A stretch of 64,000 nt of DNA from Eledone cirrhosa. Taxonomy: Eukaryota. The position numbers and the translations under genes were made by a program. Positions 38,202-51,857 of this stretch are shown piece after piece. Under the pieces are notes generated by a model, which saw only the letters and a program-made list of their open reading frames with translations, had not been told where the DNA came from and ran no database searches. The number at the start of each line of letters is the position of its first letter. The stretch's first letter is position 1. Location of the stretch: the NCBI GenBank assembly GCA_964016885.1, contig OZ024749.1, positions 3,348,001 through 3,412,000 of the forward strand, read 5' to 3'.

Positions 38202-38737
38202 CAGGCCTGCCAAACTCTAGAAACCCATACGGGAAGTGCCAAAGAAATTAGTGCCCCAAAACGTGGAGAAATGAGGCAAAATGAAGAGATTTTACATAAT
38301 TGTTTCTAATTTGTGCACAAGGCCAGCAATTAACCAGTGTATTACTGGTACTTTATTTTATCGACCCCGTAAGGATGAAAGGCAAAGTTACCCTTGGCGG
38401 GATTTGAACTCAGAATGGAAAGGGCCGACCCTCCACCAATAATTGTTTGTACTTTAGGCACAAGGCCAGCAATTACCCAGTACATTACTGGTACTTTATT
38501 TTATCGACCCCGTAAGGATGAAAGGCAAAGTCAACCTCGGCGGGATTTGAACTCAGATCGTAAAGGGACGTAACTATGCTGGAAAGCATGGCGTCCGACC
38601 CTCTACCGATACTGCCAATCCACCGACCCTCTACCAATAATGAAAGCGATTCTCATCTTCACAATATAAGACATCTCTTCCCCATCCCAAAGTGGGTGGG
38701 AGATGTCCAAGTTGGACGGGGAGTGTTGACAGTTCTG
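38202..38737. mobile_element. MITE family, copy 3, interrupted by two tandem SINEs (38300-38636, minus strand)
   Basis: The MITE sequence ttttacataat|gaaagc is split by the SINE dimer, with ataat duplicated. Confidence 0.8.
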
Positions 38738-40442
38738 TATATATAAAGGTATATATATTTGAAATTTAGATATATAAAATGTATACCTATATATGTACAA
38801 TATAATTCTTCATCATGACTCTGCATCTTTTTAAGCCGTTTTTAAAGAGCCCTTCATATCTGTCTATTTATATAATCCAAATGAAATCTCCATCCAAGAA
38901 CAACGTATGGGCGTCCAGTAGATTAATAATTTGAACGATGTTCTCATTAAATTAGCGTGCTAGGTGTGGATGTCTCTTCCACAATCATGTGTACCTTAAA
39001 CTTGATTCTGAAGTGGAATTAGCTAACACAATGTGACACATGCACAGTTTTGAATAACTGTTCTCTTCAACGTTGTTTTGTTTGCAACGATCTGAGAATA
39101 TAGTTAATAAAAAAAGTATCTTCAGTAGACCGAACACTGCATGTCATGATTTAGAACTGATATTGTTAACCATTTGTCTATTCTTGCTTCCATGAATGTA
39201 TGAATAATTTACATGTTGTTCTCTTCTGTGTTAATAACTAAACGTATCTCAGCCATAAAGTGAACAATATCCATATACCGCAGTTATATTAATAGATACG
39301 GATATTATTCATCTCTCAATATCCTTTTCTGAAGAATCTAAATTTCGAGTTATTTTAGGAAGCTCAATTCAGAAACCTGTCTCAGGGTTTGATTTAGAAA
39401 CAATTTGTCTTGTTGTTATTGGTAATGTTGCTGCTGTTGTTGTTTAGCTGCAGGTCAGCCTTAATCGTGAAGACTTATGTACAAAGATAGAGTGAATCTA
39501 TAATGTTATTTTCTTAAAATTTCACCATGTAATAAAATCCAATATAAATGTTCATATGTGGAGAATATTTTGAAATAGAATGTGATAAATAGCTCTATCT
39601 ATTTTAGGCACGTTAATATCAATAATAGACGAAGTATTTTCATTGTTTGAAAGACGTTTGTGAGATATATATCCATAAAAATAAACAATAGAATCAATAA
39701 AAGCAAAATTTTAAAATATACGTACAACATTGTGAAATCAAACTTCATAGGTTGTTTTTTGTTGGTATTGTTGAATCTCCCAAGATCGTTAGTGATTGAC
39801 CTGACACGTGTTATATTTAGGATTTCACTATCTGGTCTATCCTTCTAATTTTAGCTATAATATATGCAATCTGGTTACTACTACCTACTTGCCTGTCGAC
39901 TCCCTAAATTGATGGATTCTAGCTGCCTCGTAATTGATTTGCGTTCTTGTGGGTCTGCAGGAACTGTTTTGGCTATGCCTTTGGGTAAACCTGAGATGTC
40001 ATTGGTATCAGGCTGTATGGGCACATGATATTTCCGAGGAAATATTACTTGCTTAGATAACCTTAGATAGTAAAGTGACTGCTAGTCTTTCCCAACAATA
40101 ACCTTGGCTAAGACCACACTGGTTTTCAGAGTTTTCTTTCCATGTGCCTATCCATGACCTTATGTTAAATACAAGGGCTTCGGATGTCTTTTGCGTATAT
40201 ATATATTCCATGTATTTTGAAATATTTAAAACTCCTTTTGTATATATTATATCACAATCCTGTTTATATAATTAAATATTTGAACAGAACAACACGAACG
40301 GTAACCCCCATATCTTAAAACGTTCTAATGAACAGGAGAATGTGTTATTGTTAAAGTATATCTCATTATCATTAGTAATAATAATATTACTAATAATAAT
40401 ATTAACAATAATTTGTTTATCATTAATAATTTGTTTATAGGC

Positions 40443-41590
40443 CACTAGGGCCTACATATATGGGATAACACAAAAGGACAGGAGTAATGGGGGTTTACAA
40501 TCAAATCTAGTAAACAATATAAAAAGAATAACAACAAATCAATATAATTATGACAATACGAACTCCCCAATACAGAGGCAGAGATAACCACACAAGGGTG
40601 ACTGAGGTAACCCACCAATCCTGAACCACACGACTCATCGAAGGCACCCGGGAAATGTACCGCTTTCGTCCTCAAATCAACCAACCTGCAGGTGCATGCT
40701 CATCAGATTTAGCCCATTCACGTGGACCATCCTCGCCACATTCACCCACGTTTTATCAAATGTACTGCAGGGCGCCACTTCTGTTTCTACCTAAACCTTA
40801 CTTTCGAAGTGATACTTGAAAAAGTTGATCACTGATTGGCCGAAGAAAAAAAGTGTCTGTCTTCAATCCTTTCAACCTGGTCCAGCACAAAACCTCTTTC
40901 GCAACCAGACAGAGGAAAATTGCTGCCCTTCCCGGCTAAGAAAAGGGAGCTGGTGATCTTCATTTTAGACACGGTTGATAGCCAGATTCGTCCAACACCT
41001 AACAACAGCTGTTCGATATAACTCCACAAATCAGTGATGCACGGACAATGGGAGGGATTACTGAATGTTATCCATATTTGGTTGTCACCCTTGCCCACCT
41101 CTAATCCTCTATTGAACTCGAGCGTAGAAGTTTCCCAGCATGCGTATAAGGTGCCGCTTCCGTCTCCTGCTAATAGTAAAGGGCGAGACTTTTTCAGAAA
41201 GGCTTCCAGGAGCTTAAAGAAATCCGGCCCTCCATCCCCGGTTGGGGTGTAAATGGCCAACACACTAAAGGCACCACATTTGCTGCTACTCACGTCCACG
41301 ACCACCAACTTAATATACGGGTCTACGAATATAGATTTTACCTCGATATCTAGGCCTTTCCTAAACAACACAGCCACCCCACCTCACATCACCGACCGAA
41401 TATGGGATACGATGATCTAAGAGTCGTCGATAATTGGGGTAAGCGCGTGTGTGTCGGAAATCCTGGTCTCGCTGATGACAGTCACATCCATATCTAGTGA
41501 CCTGAGCTCATTCAGCAAGTGATCCGGATTTCAGGACGCCACCTAGCCACGAACATTTAAACATCCTACTCTTAATATGGCCATTTTGGC
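40443..41590 (-). mobile_element. Internally deleted Tx1-like LINE (APE start fused to the ORF2 C-terminus and 3' UTR)
   Basis: MAILRVGCLNVRG starts at 41584. ORF 40829-41377 joins the APE motifs (AVLFRKG, LLLAGD) to HCPCITDLW. Confidence 0.8.
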
Positions 41591-41597
41591 AGACTAA

Positions 41598-41960
41598 TAA
41601 TAATTGTTTCTATTTTTCGCACAAGGCCAGCAATTTCCCCAGTACATTACTGATGCTTTAGTTTATCGACCCTGTAAGGATGAATGGCAAAGCTAACCTG
41701 GGCGAGATTTGAACTTAGAACGTAAAAGGCCATAACTCTATGCTACAAAGCATACCGATACTGCCCATCCATCGCCATAATAATAATAATAATAGTAATA
41801 CTAATAATAATAATGATTTCGAGTATAGGCACAAGGCCAGTAATTTGGGGGAAGGGGAAAATCGATTCAATCGACCCCAGTACATTACTGTTGCTTTATT
41901 TTATCGACCCCGTAAGGATGAAAGGCAAAATTAACCTCGGCGGGATTTGAACGCAGACCA
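41598..41960 (-). mobile_element. Tandem pair of Meta-core SINEs in (TAA)n
   Basis: The core motif occurs twice, separated by an aat repeat. Confidence 0.85.
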
Positions 41961-42007
41961 TAATACTACTACTACTACTACTAATAATAATAATAATAAT
42001 AATAATA

Positions 42008-43610
42008 ATTGGGGGTTTACAATAAGGTCGAGTAAAAGTGCACAATGGCAAGACTAATTTAACAATGAAGATATAAAAAAATATAAAATAAACTATGCAT
42101 AAATATATAATAAAATAAATTCCTCAATAGGGGGTGGAGGACCCAGTGGTGACTAAGATACCCCACTAGTCCTGAACCACCCTGCGCTTCTAGGGCACAC
42201 AGGGAGAGCACCGCTCTCCTCAAGTTAGCTAGCCTATAGGCCCATGGTGAGAGTAGGCCCATTCACACGGGCCATTCTCACCACATTCATCCACCTTTTA
42301 GCAAATTTACTGGGGGGCAGCACTTTTCGCTCCACACTTACCTTCTTTTACAGGTGAAACTTGAAGAAGTTGATGAGGGATTGGCTGAAGAGAAAAGTGT
42401 CTGTCTTCAGTCCTTTCAATCTGGTCCACCATATAACCTCTTTCGCAACGGCAACCAGATAGAGGAACATTTCCTGCTATTCCTGACCAAAGGAAGGTGG
42501 CGGGTCGATCTTCACTATGGACTCAGTCGATAGCCGGATCCGTTTCACACGTGACAGTAGTTGTTCGACATAACTCCACAAGTCAGTAATGCATGGACAA
42601 TCAACCACAAGGGTTGCCATAAAGTGTAACATTAAGGACAGCAGAGTACAATACAGGACGGTACAAATGGGCATTTCTGTGTGTAATTTACAGGCACATA
42701 CTTGCCTCTCTCACTCTGGCCATGCTTGCATCTCTCACCCATCTTTCAACACAATGCTAGGGAGAAAGCACTTACCTCTCTAATCTGATTTACCTTTTCA
42801 AATGAAATTTGAAAAAGTTAATCAGAGCATCACCGAAGAGGTAAGTGCTCATCTTCAGCCCTTTCAAATGCGTCCACCACACTATATCTTTCGCCATGGC
42901 CACCAGGCAGATTAAAACTGCCTGCCCTTCCCGGCTAAAGGAAGACGTTGGGGCAATCCTCACGATGGACTCGCTGATAGCCGGATCCGTCCTACACTCG
43001 ACAGCAGGTGTTCGACATAAACCCATAAGTCAGCAATGCTCGGACACTGGACGATTGCATGCAGGACGGTTTCAACGCCCTGTGCGCATCTCGCACATGC
43101 CCAGCTGACGGCAATTCCATGGCTGTAGTGTTTATCCCGAACTGGCAAAGCTCCTCGGTAGCACTGCCATGGATGTGACTGTCATCAGCGACACCAGGAT
43201 TTCCGACATGCACGCACTTACCCCAATTTATTGGCTACAAGGGCCGATATGGAGGGGACAATACAAAGACACGGAGAGTGGGGGTTTACGATAAGTTCGA
43301 GTAAAAAAGCACAATGGCAAGACTAATTTAACAGTGCAAATATAAAAATATAAAATAAACTATGCATAAATTATAATAAAACAGCCTCGGCCGTCTGGCC
43401 CCAGTGGGGGGCGTAGACGTTCAGTAGTGTAAAGGCACCACCTTCGCTATTGTTCGCGTCCAGAACCACCAAATTACCGTGCCGGTCCCGGAAGATTGAC
43501 CTTACCTCGAGATCCACTCCTTTCCTAAACAGCATTGCTACCCCACGTCTCATTCCAAGCTGGCTAACAGATGCGAAGATCTGATAGTCGTCGAAAATGG
43601 CCATGTTGGC
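42008..43610 (-). mobile_element. Mosaic of Tx1-like LINE fragments (3' ends and APE pieces)
   Basis: Motifs CPCITDLWSYVEQLL, CARC..GVETVLHAIVQCP and GVAMLFRKG..NVYAP. The 3' UTR is duplicated (42010-42118, 43280-43380), and a short plus-strand APE piece lies near 43170-43225. Confidence 0.8.
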
Positions 43611-44785
43611 AAGCTAAAAGAGAGAGAGAAGGTTTACTTACTTCCCGTGGTCTTGTGAAGGTTGGGTGGTTCAACCTCCATGTTGGAGGGGTTTCTCTTT
43701 GGAAACACTTTAAAAATCTCGATATGGGTTTCACGTTCGGAGTTCCCAAGTCCTGAGGAAAGCTCTTTCGAATTTCTTTTTAGGAATCGTGCGATATTCG
43801 CACCAGAAACAAATCTTCTGGCACGCAAAATGTGCTGAATTCAAAGGTCTCCCCCTCTGTTTGAATATCCTCGCTTCATGCTAAGATGACCATCAATTTA
43901 TTGTTGGCCCTTCTGACAAGCATGAGGTATTTTTAGGTTTAGTTGGATTGGTCTTGTTTGTTTTCGTTTCGGTGACTGTGGTGATCATGTCATTGTTGGC
44001 GTTGTTTCGGTATGTCTGTGTGTGTTGTAGGTGTGGTGTCTACCATTTCAGGTGCCTGTGTGTTTAATTGTTCTTGTGTTTGTTTGGGTTGTTTATGGGA
44101 GTGTGGGGGAGAGTGGTGGTGTTATTGGGGGAAGTATTTGAGAATGATAATAATAATTTACCATAATGATAATAGTTATTGTTACGTTGTTGTTTGTCTT
44201 ATGATCATCATTTTTCATTTTATTTTAACGATTATTTCAGTTCCCCAATGTCAACGAGGTATTTTCTTTGCATTGTTATCATTAGTTTTTACGTCTTCAA
44301 AATAACCATTATTATCTTTGTAAACATCTTATAGGTTTCACCCCTCATTGATCTCCTCATAATAATCATTGTTATCTCATATTCTTATACTAAGTAAATA
44401 CAATATCCTGCTAATATGAAAAAGTACATGCGATAAAAGATACATGGGGGGAATATAATTAATATAAAAATAGAAGAATATATAAAAGGAGAAAGGATAA
44501 CATACAATAATTTGATAGAATACATAATCTTTATAATAAATACATGTTTCATATCTCGGCAATACATTTATGAAATTACAGAGCTCGTTTCCTTATCGAT
44601 TTTCAATCGTCTATTGATTCCTTTGTCATTTTTTTCAGCGAAATTCTTTAACCAGTACCGAAAAATCTATTGATTGTCAACGTGACAATTACCTATATAT
44701 TAAGTATATCGAAAGGAGAATAAACACATCAGCACCCACGCACATATATATATACCTTTGAATATAAATACACACACACACACAC

Positions 44786-44855
<70 letters not shown>

Positions 44856-44889
44856 TTCTTTCTAAACTAATTTATTGCTTCCATTTATA

Positions 44890-44933
<44 letters not shown>

Positions 44934-45285
44934 TACAATAGTTGTGTATATACAACAGAAGCTGTTCGAAGTTCACTGACATATGTATCTGAACGCAAGA
45001 TACATTACCAATATACATCTCCACCATCAATCTCTCACTCTATTTTGTCGAGTGCGTGCAAAACCATGTATATTATCTATTCTTCGTTACTTTTCTCAAT
45101 TAAAATAAAATAAATCGTGTCTATCTTGATCTTCATAATATTTAGTCTCACGAGACAGTCTCATGTTGTCGTGCATATATTTCTCATGGATTCTTAGCGG
45201 CAGAAACTTGGGCACGTAAGCGTGAGACTCACACTCATCCTCCGGGCAAGTATACAGTCAACTGCCTTCAATGAGATGCAGATAT

Positions 45286-45478
45286 ATAATTGTTTCTACG
45301 TTAGGTACAAGGCCAGCAATTACCCAGTGCATTTCTGGTACTTTATTTTATCGACCCCGTAAGGATGAAAGGCAAAGTTAACCTTGGCGGGATTTGAACT
45401 CAGAATGGCAAGGGCCGTAACTCTATACGTCAAAGCATGGCGTCCGACCCTCTAGCAATACTGCAAATCCATCGCCCT
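45286..45478 (-). mobile_element. Near full-length Meta-core SINE
   Basis: Tail, core, B box and A-box region are all present. Confidence 0.88.
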
Positions 45479-46313
45479 TGAGAAAGAGAAATAGCAATGG
45501 AATCGATCGCCAGTATTTGACAGGTATTGTATTTACCCCCCCCCCCCCCCCCGATGCCATGGAATTCGACAATATTTCAATCATTCAATCGAACGTTCTA
45601 TAAATGTTGCTATTTCACAAGAAATCAAAAAACCAGGTTGTGTCGATCAGGGTGACATACCATGGGCTATAATGTTCAAAAGTATTCTTACTTCATTTAA
45701 ATCCTCTCGAGCCGGAAATAGAGTAGATTGCCAGATACAAGGGATGCAAAATCGAACCCCAGTATTATAATGCGACGCTAATTATCGATCCGGAAGGGAT
45801 ATTAGAAAATGATGAACACGGTGGTATTTGATCACAGCAAATCTTTCCGTTTGGACGTGCTAACAATTCAGCAATATTGCCGCCTGGATTTACATTGATG
45901 TTAGTTAATTAGTTTATTGAATCGAATCTCACAGATGCTCTACATGTAGCAAAAGTACATCAACTTCTTCAAAAGCGCAACCGCAATTCAATATATATTC
46001 AGTTGGTTTAATTATAGCACTTGTCAAGTAGTCGTCTTTTGAATTACAGAATCAATTTGAAGATGGTAGAAGATCATTTAAGTTACAACGATACTATTTC
46101 TGTCACCAACTTCATATTTAAGTTCAAACATGTTTAAACTTGCACACACACTCAATGTTGAATGTAATTACGAAGGAAGACACGTATACACAATATTTAT
46201 ATATATATCTATATATATATCTATACATATACGTTATTGAAAAAAAAATAACACTTTTCTGTTAATCCATGAGAAAATTCTTTTTTTTTTCTACTTATTT
46301 TCTACTTATTTTC

Positions 46314-46424
<111 letters not shown>

Positions 46425-46431
46425 GTATATA

Positions 46432-46580
46432 TATATAAGGAAAATAAGTATATTTACATAATAATTCAAGGACGTACATCCAAACTGATATGTTATATAT
46501 ATATATATATATATGACATATCAGTTTGGATGTGCGTTCTTCAATTATTATATAACTATTCATATTTTCCTAATATATAT
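46432..46580. repeat. Diverged ~60-bp inverted repeat around (TA)n
   Basis: acgtacatccaaactgatatgt (TA)n acatatcagtttggatgtgcgt. The same arm recurs at 48172-48210. Confidence 0.85.
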
Positions 46581-46665
46581 ATATATAGTGAAAGAGAGAA
46601 GAATTACATGGTCAACAGTACAAAAAGGGTTTTATTTACTGTATTAACAATTGTTTCATTCATTA

Positions 46666-47539
46666 CCAGCAAAATAGAACGATCAGTTTTTCTGTAGGCA
46701 CAAAGTACCTACTAAATTCGGAAATTTCAAACCAATATGATTCGATCCAACAATCCCATAATTCAAGCTGAACCACCCAGAGTCTATTATGATAACTACA
46801 TACCAACCTATTATTAACTGTCAACGGACCAATTCATCACTATCCTATATCTCTTAAACTATAACCTAACTTCTAATGTATTAATTCATCATTTATATAT
46901 TATTTATCATTATATTCTTTCTTCCTACTCGAACCATCTGTCATTTAACCAATACATATGTATATATGTGTATGTATTTAATATTTATTTTCATATTTAT
47001 AATATTCCCACCCTCATCACATCTTTATACTTACACACCACTATAACTTTAACCACCACCATCCTCTAATTAGATTACCTATAACGATAATTTATTATCC
47101 CATATGTACACACACACACACATATATATATATATGTCTCTCTTTATTTTTTATTTTTTTTTATCTTGTTCTCTCTCTCTCTCTTCCTCTCTCTCTCTCC
47201 GTAACCCAACGGCTTATTTAAAAATATCCAAAACTAATTTACATAATAGTATAAATAAAGTTATAACCCCACTATCCGGGAGCTTCCAACAGTAATGGTT
47301 GCATTCATTAAGGGTATGTCAATATTCATTTATAAAACTACTCTATATTATATTTTATCTGATGAAAGCACACCATAATTTAACTTGGTGCCCTTGAAAT
47401 ATGTATAATGAAATAAATATGGTTTTATAAATATAGTTTCCATTTGTTAATATCGTATTTTTACTCCAATTATTTGTTGAGTACTTTATATCAGTTATAA
47501 AAATATTTGCTTGTTGTATCCCAACAATTTAAACAGAAC

Positions 47540-47545
<6 letters not shown>
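46666..47545 (+). mobile_element. Penelope-like (Naiad-type) 3' fragment: end of GIY-YIG ORF, 3' UTR and hammerhead pLTR
   Basis: [12 protein letters not shown] matches the end of ORF 49999-50529. Region 47311-47545 is homologous to 63351-63585. Confidence 0.8.
47351..47415 (+). ncRNA. Type I hammerhead ribozyme (AUA triplet)
   Basis: UAUUUUAU CUGAUGA AAGcaCACCA-loop-UGGUGccCUU GAAA UAUGU AUA AUGAAAUA. Confidence 0.75.
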
Positions 47546-47586
<41 letters not shown>

Positions 47587-49362
47587 TGAAAGATTGAAGA
47601 ATAACATCGCCGACTGTACAAAAAGGGTTTTATTTCAGGTATTAACAATTGTTTCATTGATCAGGTGAGTCTAAATAGATAATCCAAGCGGATTTACATT
47701 GAGAAAGAGATCATCGTCAGAAGTCGTTTCTCTCTCGGAGAATATAACATTCCCGAGTTCAAATTACAAACTGGCGCCATAGAAAACTGCCTCAAAATGA
47801 GAGTAAATGAATGATGAAACAATTTTGTCTAGAACCCTGTGCAAAGACAGAGAGCAAGGTGGGCAAGTCAATTCCGTGCTGCTAAAAAATAGCAGCCGTT
47901 CAAACGACCAAAGGTATCTCTACCATTGGGGAGAATAATATTAAAGGTATGTGTTCCTACATGTAATTAATACACATCGGGACACAAGTGTAGTCCAACC
48001 GTATGCCAGTGTGGTTCAATGGCAAGTTAATAAATTAACAAGCCAGAACATATAAAATCAAGAGAGTGCAAACACAGAAAATATCTTAAAAAATATAAAT
48101 TCCAAAAAATTCGCCGTACTTACTATATGTGCCCTTACCGCAGATTCAGATCCCATATATATATATATATATCATATCAGTTTGGATGTGCGTCACTGTA
48201 TTATTATATAGATATACCGTACCGCACTCAATCTCGTACGACAATACGACGGGGTTCAATTGACGCTTAAAATAGCACCCCAAACCATCTAAACCTCCTC
48301 CACAAAGACGAAGCGTTTAATACTTTCAGATCTCAATGAAAGGATAACCTAAATTTATAAATTATCTACCCAGGCAATTATGTATATGTTTTTTTATCTC
48401 TCATAAAATGTTTCACTGTAAAAACATTTTTATTCGTGTTTCGCTGATCACAAAAAATGTCAAACTGTAGCAGCAAATCATCAAATCTCAAAGCAATTTA
48501 TGATTCTTTTTTCATAGTAATGGGATCCTTTTATGCATACATCGTTATATATATGTCGTCTCCTATAATATATTCAATTTATATATAATGATTGAAATTC
48601 ATCAACCCCGATTGTGTGAAAATGTAACTTTAGAGACCAGAATAGTGATACAATGTCTTTATCACACTTTTACAGGTTTAATCGTACGATATTATAATAT
48701 ATGGTATATACAGTCAGTTATAACAAGATTCTGCTGATCAAATTACTGAAATGAAGAAAAGTAAACCATTGCAACGATGAAGGAAATCCATCAAACGACT
48801 GACGTCTCTCATAAGATACACAATATAACATGAATGTTTACGCGGAAATCTCAAACATTTACACTATAATGTAGTGATTTGGTAATTCCATTGGCTAAAC
48901 AACAGCAACAGTACATCGGGTTCGTTAAAAGCAAGGAAAGAGCCATCATATGCACGAGGAATCACTTATGATACATATTAAAATTTCCATTTCAGTTGGC
49001 CGCAAAAACAATATATGCAAGAAATGTGAACGGAGAAGCGAAGCAAATATTTGATATTTTCTATTGATTATTTATATAAATTCAACATTTGTCTCTAGAA
49101 AATATTTTCGATATTTCGTTGTAGAATGTTACCAGTGACTTATTGGAATTGTATATAAAACATCCCAGCTGTTATTGCACATGCTTGCCTAATGTGATTT
49201 TAACGAATTAATTCTTTAGCCCTATGTCTCTACATGACCTCATATATTTAAAGTTCCAATGATTTATGTACAAGCGTACTAGACGGTAAATATGAAATTA
49301 TGCACACTCACGTCATCTCACAAAGACATGCAAATCAGTATTTCTATCGCTCCCCCCCCCAC

Positions 49363-49393
<31 letters not shown>

Positions 49394-49413
49394 CATACAT
49401 ATATACATATATA

Positions 49414-49444
<31 letters not shown>

Positions 49445-49948
49445 GTAAGAATATTTTCGAAACAGCGAGTGGGTTTGAAATTATTAGAAATGTAAGCTAT
49501 CGCCGTATTTTGACTAAAGAAATTAAAGAAATTATTTAGCCTGATAATGGGGATAAGAACCCGCGGAGAAATGGAAAAAGATGAGTATTGACGTGCATGG
49601 GAGTCGAACCCACATCTTTGTGTATCCGGACCACTGTGCTACCATTTACTTCAACACATCACTCGTCTTTTTCCATTCAAATTAGAAGCTATAAACTTAG
49701 CGACTGTAAGGTCAAGTAAGAATATTTTCGAAACAGCGAGTGGGTTTGAAATTATTAGAAATGTAAGTTATCGCCACATTTTGAACAAAAGAAATTAAAG
49801 AAATTATTTAGCCTGAAATTATTTCGACTCCCATGCACGTCAATACTCATCTTTTTCCATTTCTCCGAGGGTTCTTAACCCCACTAACAGGCTAAATAAT
49901 TTCTTTAATTTCTTTAGTCAAAATATGGCGATAACTTACATTTCTAAT

Positions 49949-49950
<2 letters not shown>
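49445..49950 (-). mobile_element. 271-bp tRNA-containing unit: about 1.4 tandem copies plus an inverted partial copy, in (TA)n
   Basis: gtaagaatattttcgaaacagcgag occurs at 49445 and 49716. The inverted copy spans 49824-49950. Confidence 0.85.
49589..49660 (-). ncRNA. tRNA-like cloverleaf (pseudo-tRNA, identity unclear)
   Basis: 72 nt. Acceptor stem GAUGUGU/GCACGUC, T arm GUGGG-UUCGACU-CCCAU, D-loop-like AAUGGUAGCAC. The D and anticodon stems are imperfect. A T5 run lies downstream. Confidence 0.75.
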
Positions 49951-49997
<47 letters not shown>

Positions 49998-49998
49998 T

Positions 49999-50529
49999 AT
50001 GCATCAACACGCATCACAACAAAACATGAATAGGCGTAAATCACAACCCATCCACATCTTACAAATCTGCAACGACGAACCTGCACAAAATAAAACCTCA
50101 AATTGTAATTGCCACCTACCTGATAAGTGCCCACTAGGGAATAGATGCCTGGATTCGAGTATGGTATACCTGTGTACTGTAAATTCAGGCAACTCTACTT
50201 GGCACTACATAGGTTCCACGACTGGGGAGTTCAATAAAAAGTGGTACGTCCATAGACACTCCATGAAGAACCGTAGACTGGAGAACTCTACGACGCTCGC
50301 CAATAAAATCTGGCAGCTTAAGGACAAATACCTAAAATATAAGATTAGCTGCTCAAAATTATCGGTAGCAAGAGACTACAGCAAGGGAATGTCCCACTGC
50401 GTGCTTTGTAATTTAGAACTACTACATATTTTAAGGTACAGTGGGATGCTGCTTAACAGCAAAATAGAAAGATCAATTTTCTGTAGGCATAAAAAAGCTA
50501 CTAGATTCACAAACTTGAAACCATCATGA
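49999..50529 (+). pseudogene. GIY-YIG endonuclease domain of a 5'-truncated Penelope-like element (Naiad-type)
   Basis: CNC...CPLGNRCL..MVY...YIGST...H..S...TTLA..IW...C.LC..E...LLNSK.E...CRHK. Confidence 0.85.
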
Positions 50530-51322
50530 TTTGAACCAGTAACCGCAACATTAGAACTGACACCTAAATTTTAACATATAGAATTAACACCATCGCACTG
50601 CTATTAGCTGTCGAACGGCCAACTGGTCTCTAGATCATAAATCTCTGAACATTTCTTTCACCCTCTCTCCCTGAAACAGCATCAACCCCATTAAGATAGA
50701 ACAATCAGCAAAACATTTACAACAAGCGTCTATCAAACGTCCCGTCATTCCTAGCCCATAAATCTCACACATGTATTCACCAATTAATCTCTAATTGATT
50801 GTATTTTCCTTTTATATGCCACTACATCTGGCCGTCTACACGTATCTATGTACATCTCGAATCTGGTTTCACATGTTAGCACTAAACCCACCCACGAATC
50901 CTTATAAGAACACTTACTCAAAAGCTACTACTAACATACGATGTACTGACACGCTCTCACATATTTCTTTCTTTATATTTTCCATTCTCTCATTTCCTTA
51001 TTTTTTAATGTACTCTATCTTATCTTTTTACTTTTTACATCTGTAACTTCTCTACATATTTACCATATATGTTTTATTATTGATATTATTATTTTGATTA
51101 TACACTATTTTTCTATATAACTCTTGCCTCGAGTGAATTATTTTCATATCGACGTACTCTGATGTGTTGACCAGAGGTAAATAATGTATTGGAGATCGAG
51201 TGACGAAACCTCAAGCGATTAGCGAACTCTAGACTCACCTGATAAAAGAAACAACTGTCAGTACATTAAATAAAGCCCCTTATTGTACAGCCAACCATGT
51301 TACTCTTCATTATTTAACTATA
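50530..51322 (+). mobile_element. 3' UTR/pLTR of the Penelope-like element, with a decayed long-stem-II hammerhead (51154-51264)
   Basis: GUACU CUGAUGu ... GAAA CAACU GUC AGUAC, then aataaa. Inverted homologues of this end lie at 46587-46660 and 47585-47675. Confidence 0.7.
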
Positions 51323-51324
51323 CA

Positions 51325-51442
51325 TGAGTTCAAATCCCGTCGAGGTTAACTTTGCCTATCATCCTTATGGGGTTGATAAAATAAAGTACCAGTAATCTAC
51401 TGGTAATTTGCTGGCCTTGTGCCAAATGTAGAAACAATTATT
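51325..51442 (+). mobile_element. 5'-truncated Meta-core SINE
   Basis: gagttcaaatccc...aagtaccag...tagaaacaatta. Confidence 0.85.
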
Positions 51443-51451
51443 TAACTATAC

Positions 51452-51485
<34 letters not shown>

Positions 51486-51560
51486 TTATATATATATATA
51501 TATATGTATGTATATATATATATATATATATGTGTATATATATGTGTATATATATCTATA

Positions 51561-51599
<39 letters not shown>

Positions 51600-51640
51600 C
51601 CATATATATATATATATATATCCATATATGTGTATATATA

Positions 51641-51705
<65 letters not shown>

Positions 51706-51707
51706 CC

Positions 51708-51739
<32 letters not shown>

Positions 51740-51763
51740 CCATATATATATATATATATATAT

Positions 51764-51834
<71 letters not shown>

Positions 51835-51855
51835 TATTCATACACACACACACAT
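51443..51855. repeat. (TA)n array with periodic tcc interruptions
   Basis: Read directly. Confidence 0.95.
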
Positions 51856-51857
51856 AC

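Noticed and set aside
50525-50562. SECIS-like spacing (AUGA-11 nt-AA...UGA) after the GIY-YIG ORF, also near 46737; some Naiads encode selenoproteins
   Set aside because: The helix does not pair, the AUGA overlaps the stop codon, and the visible Cys positions are not UGA.
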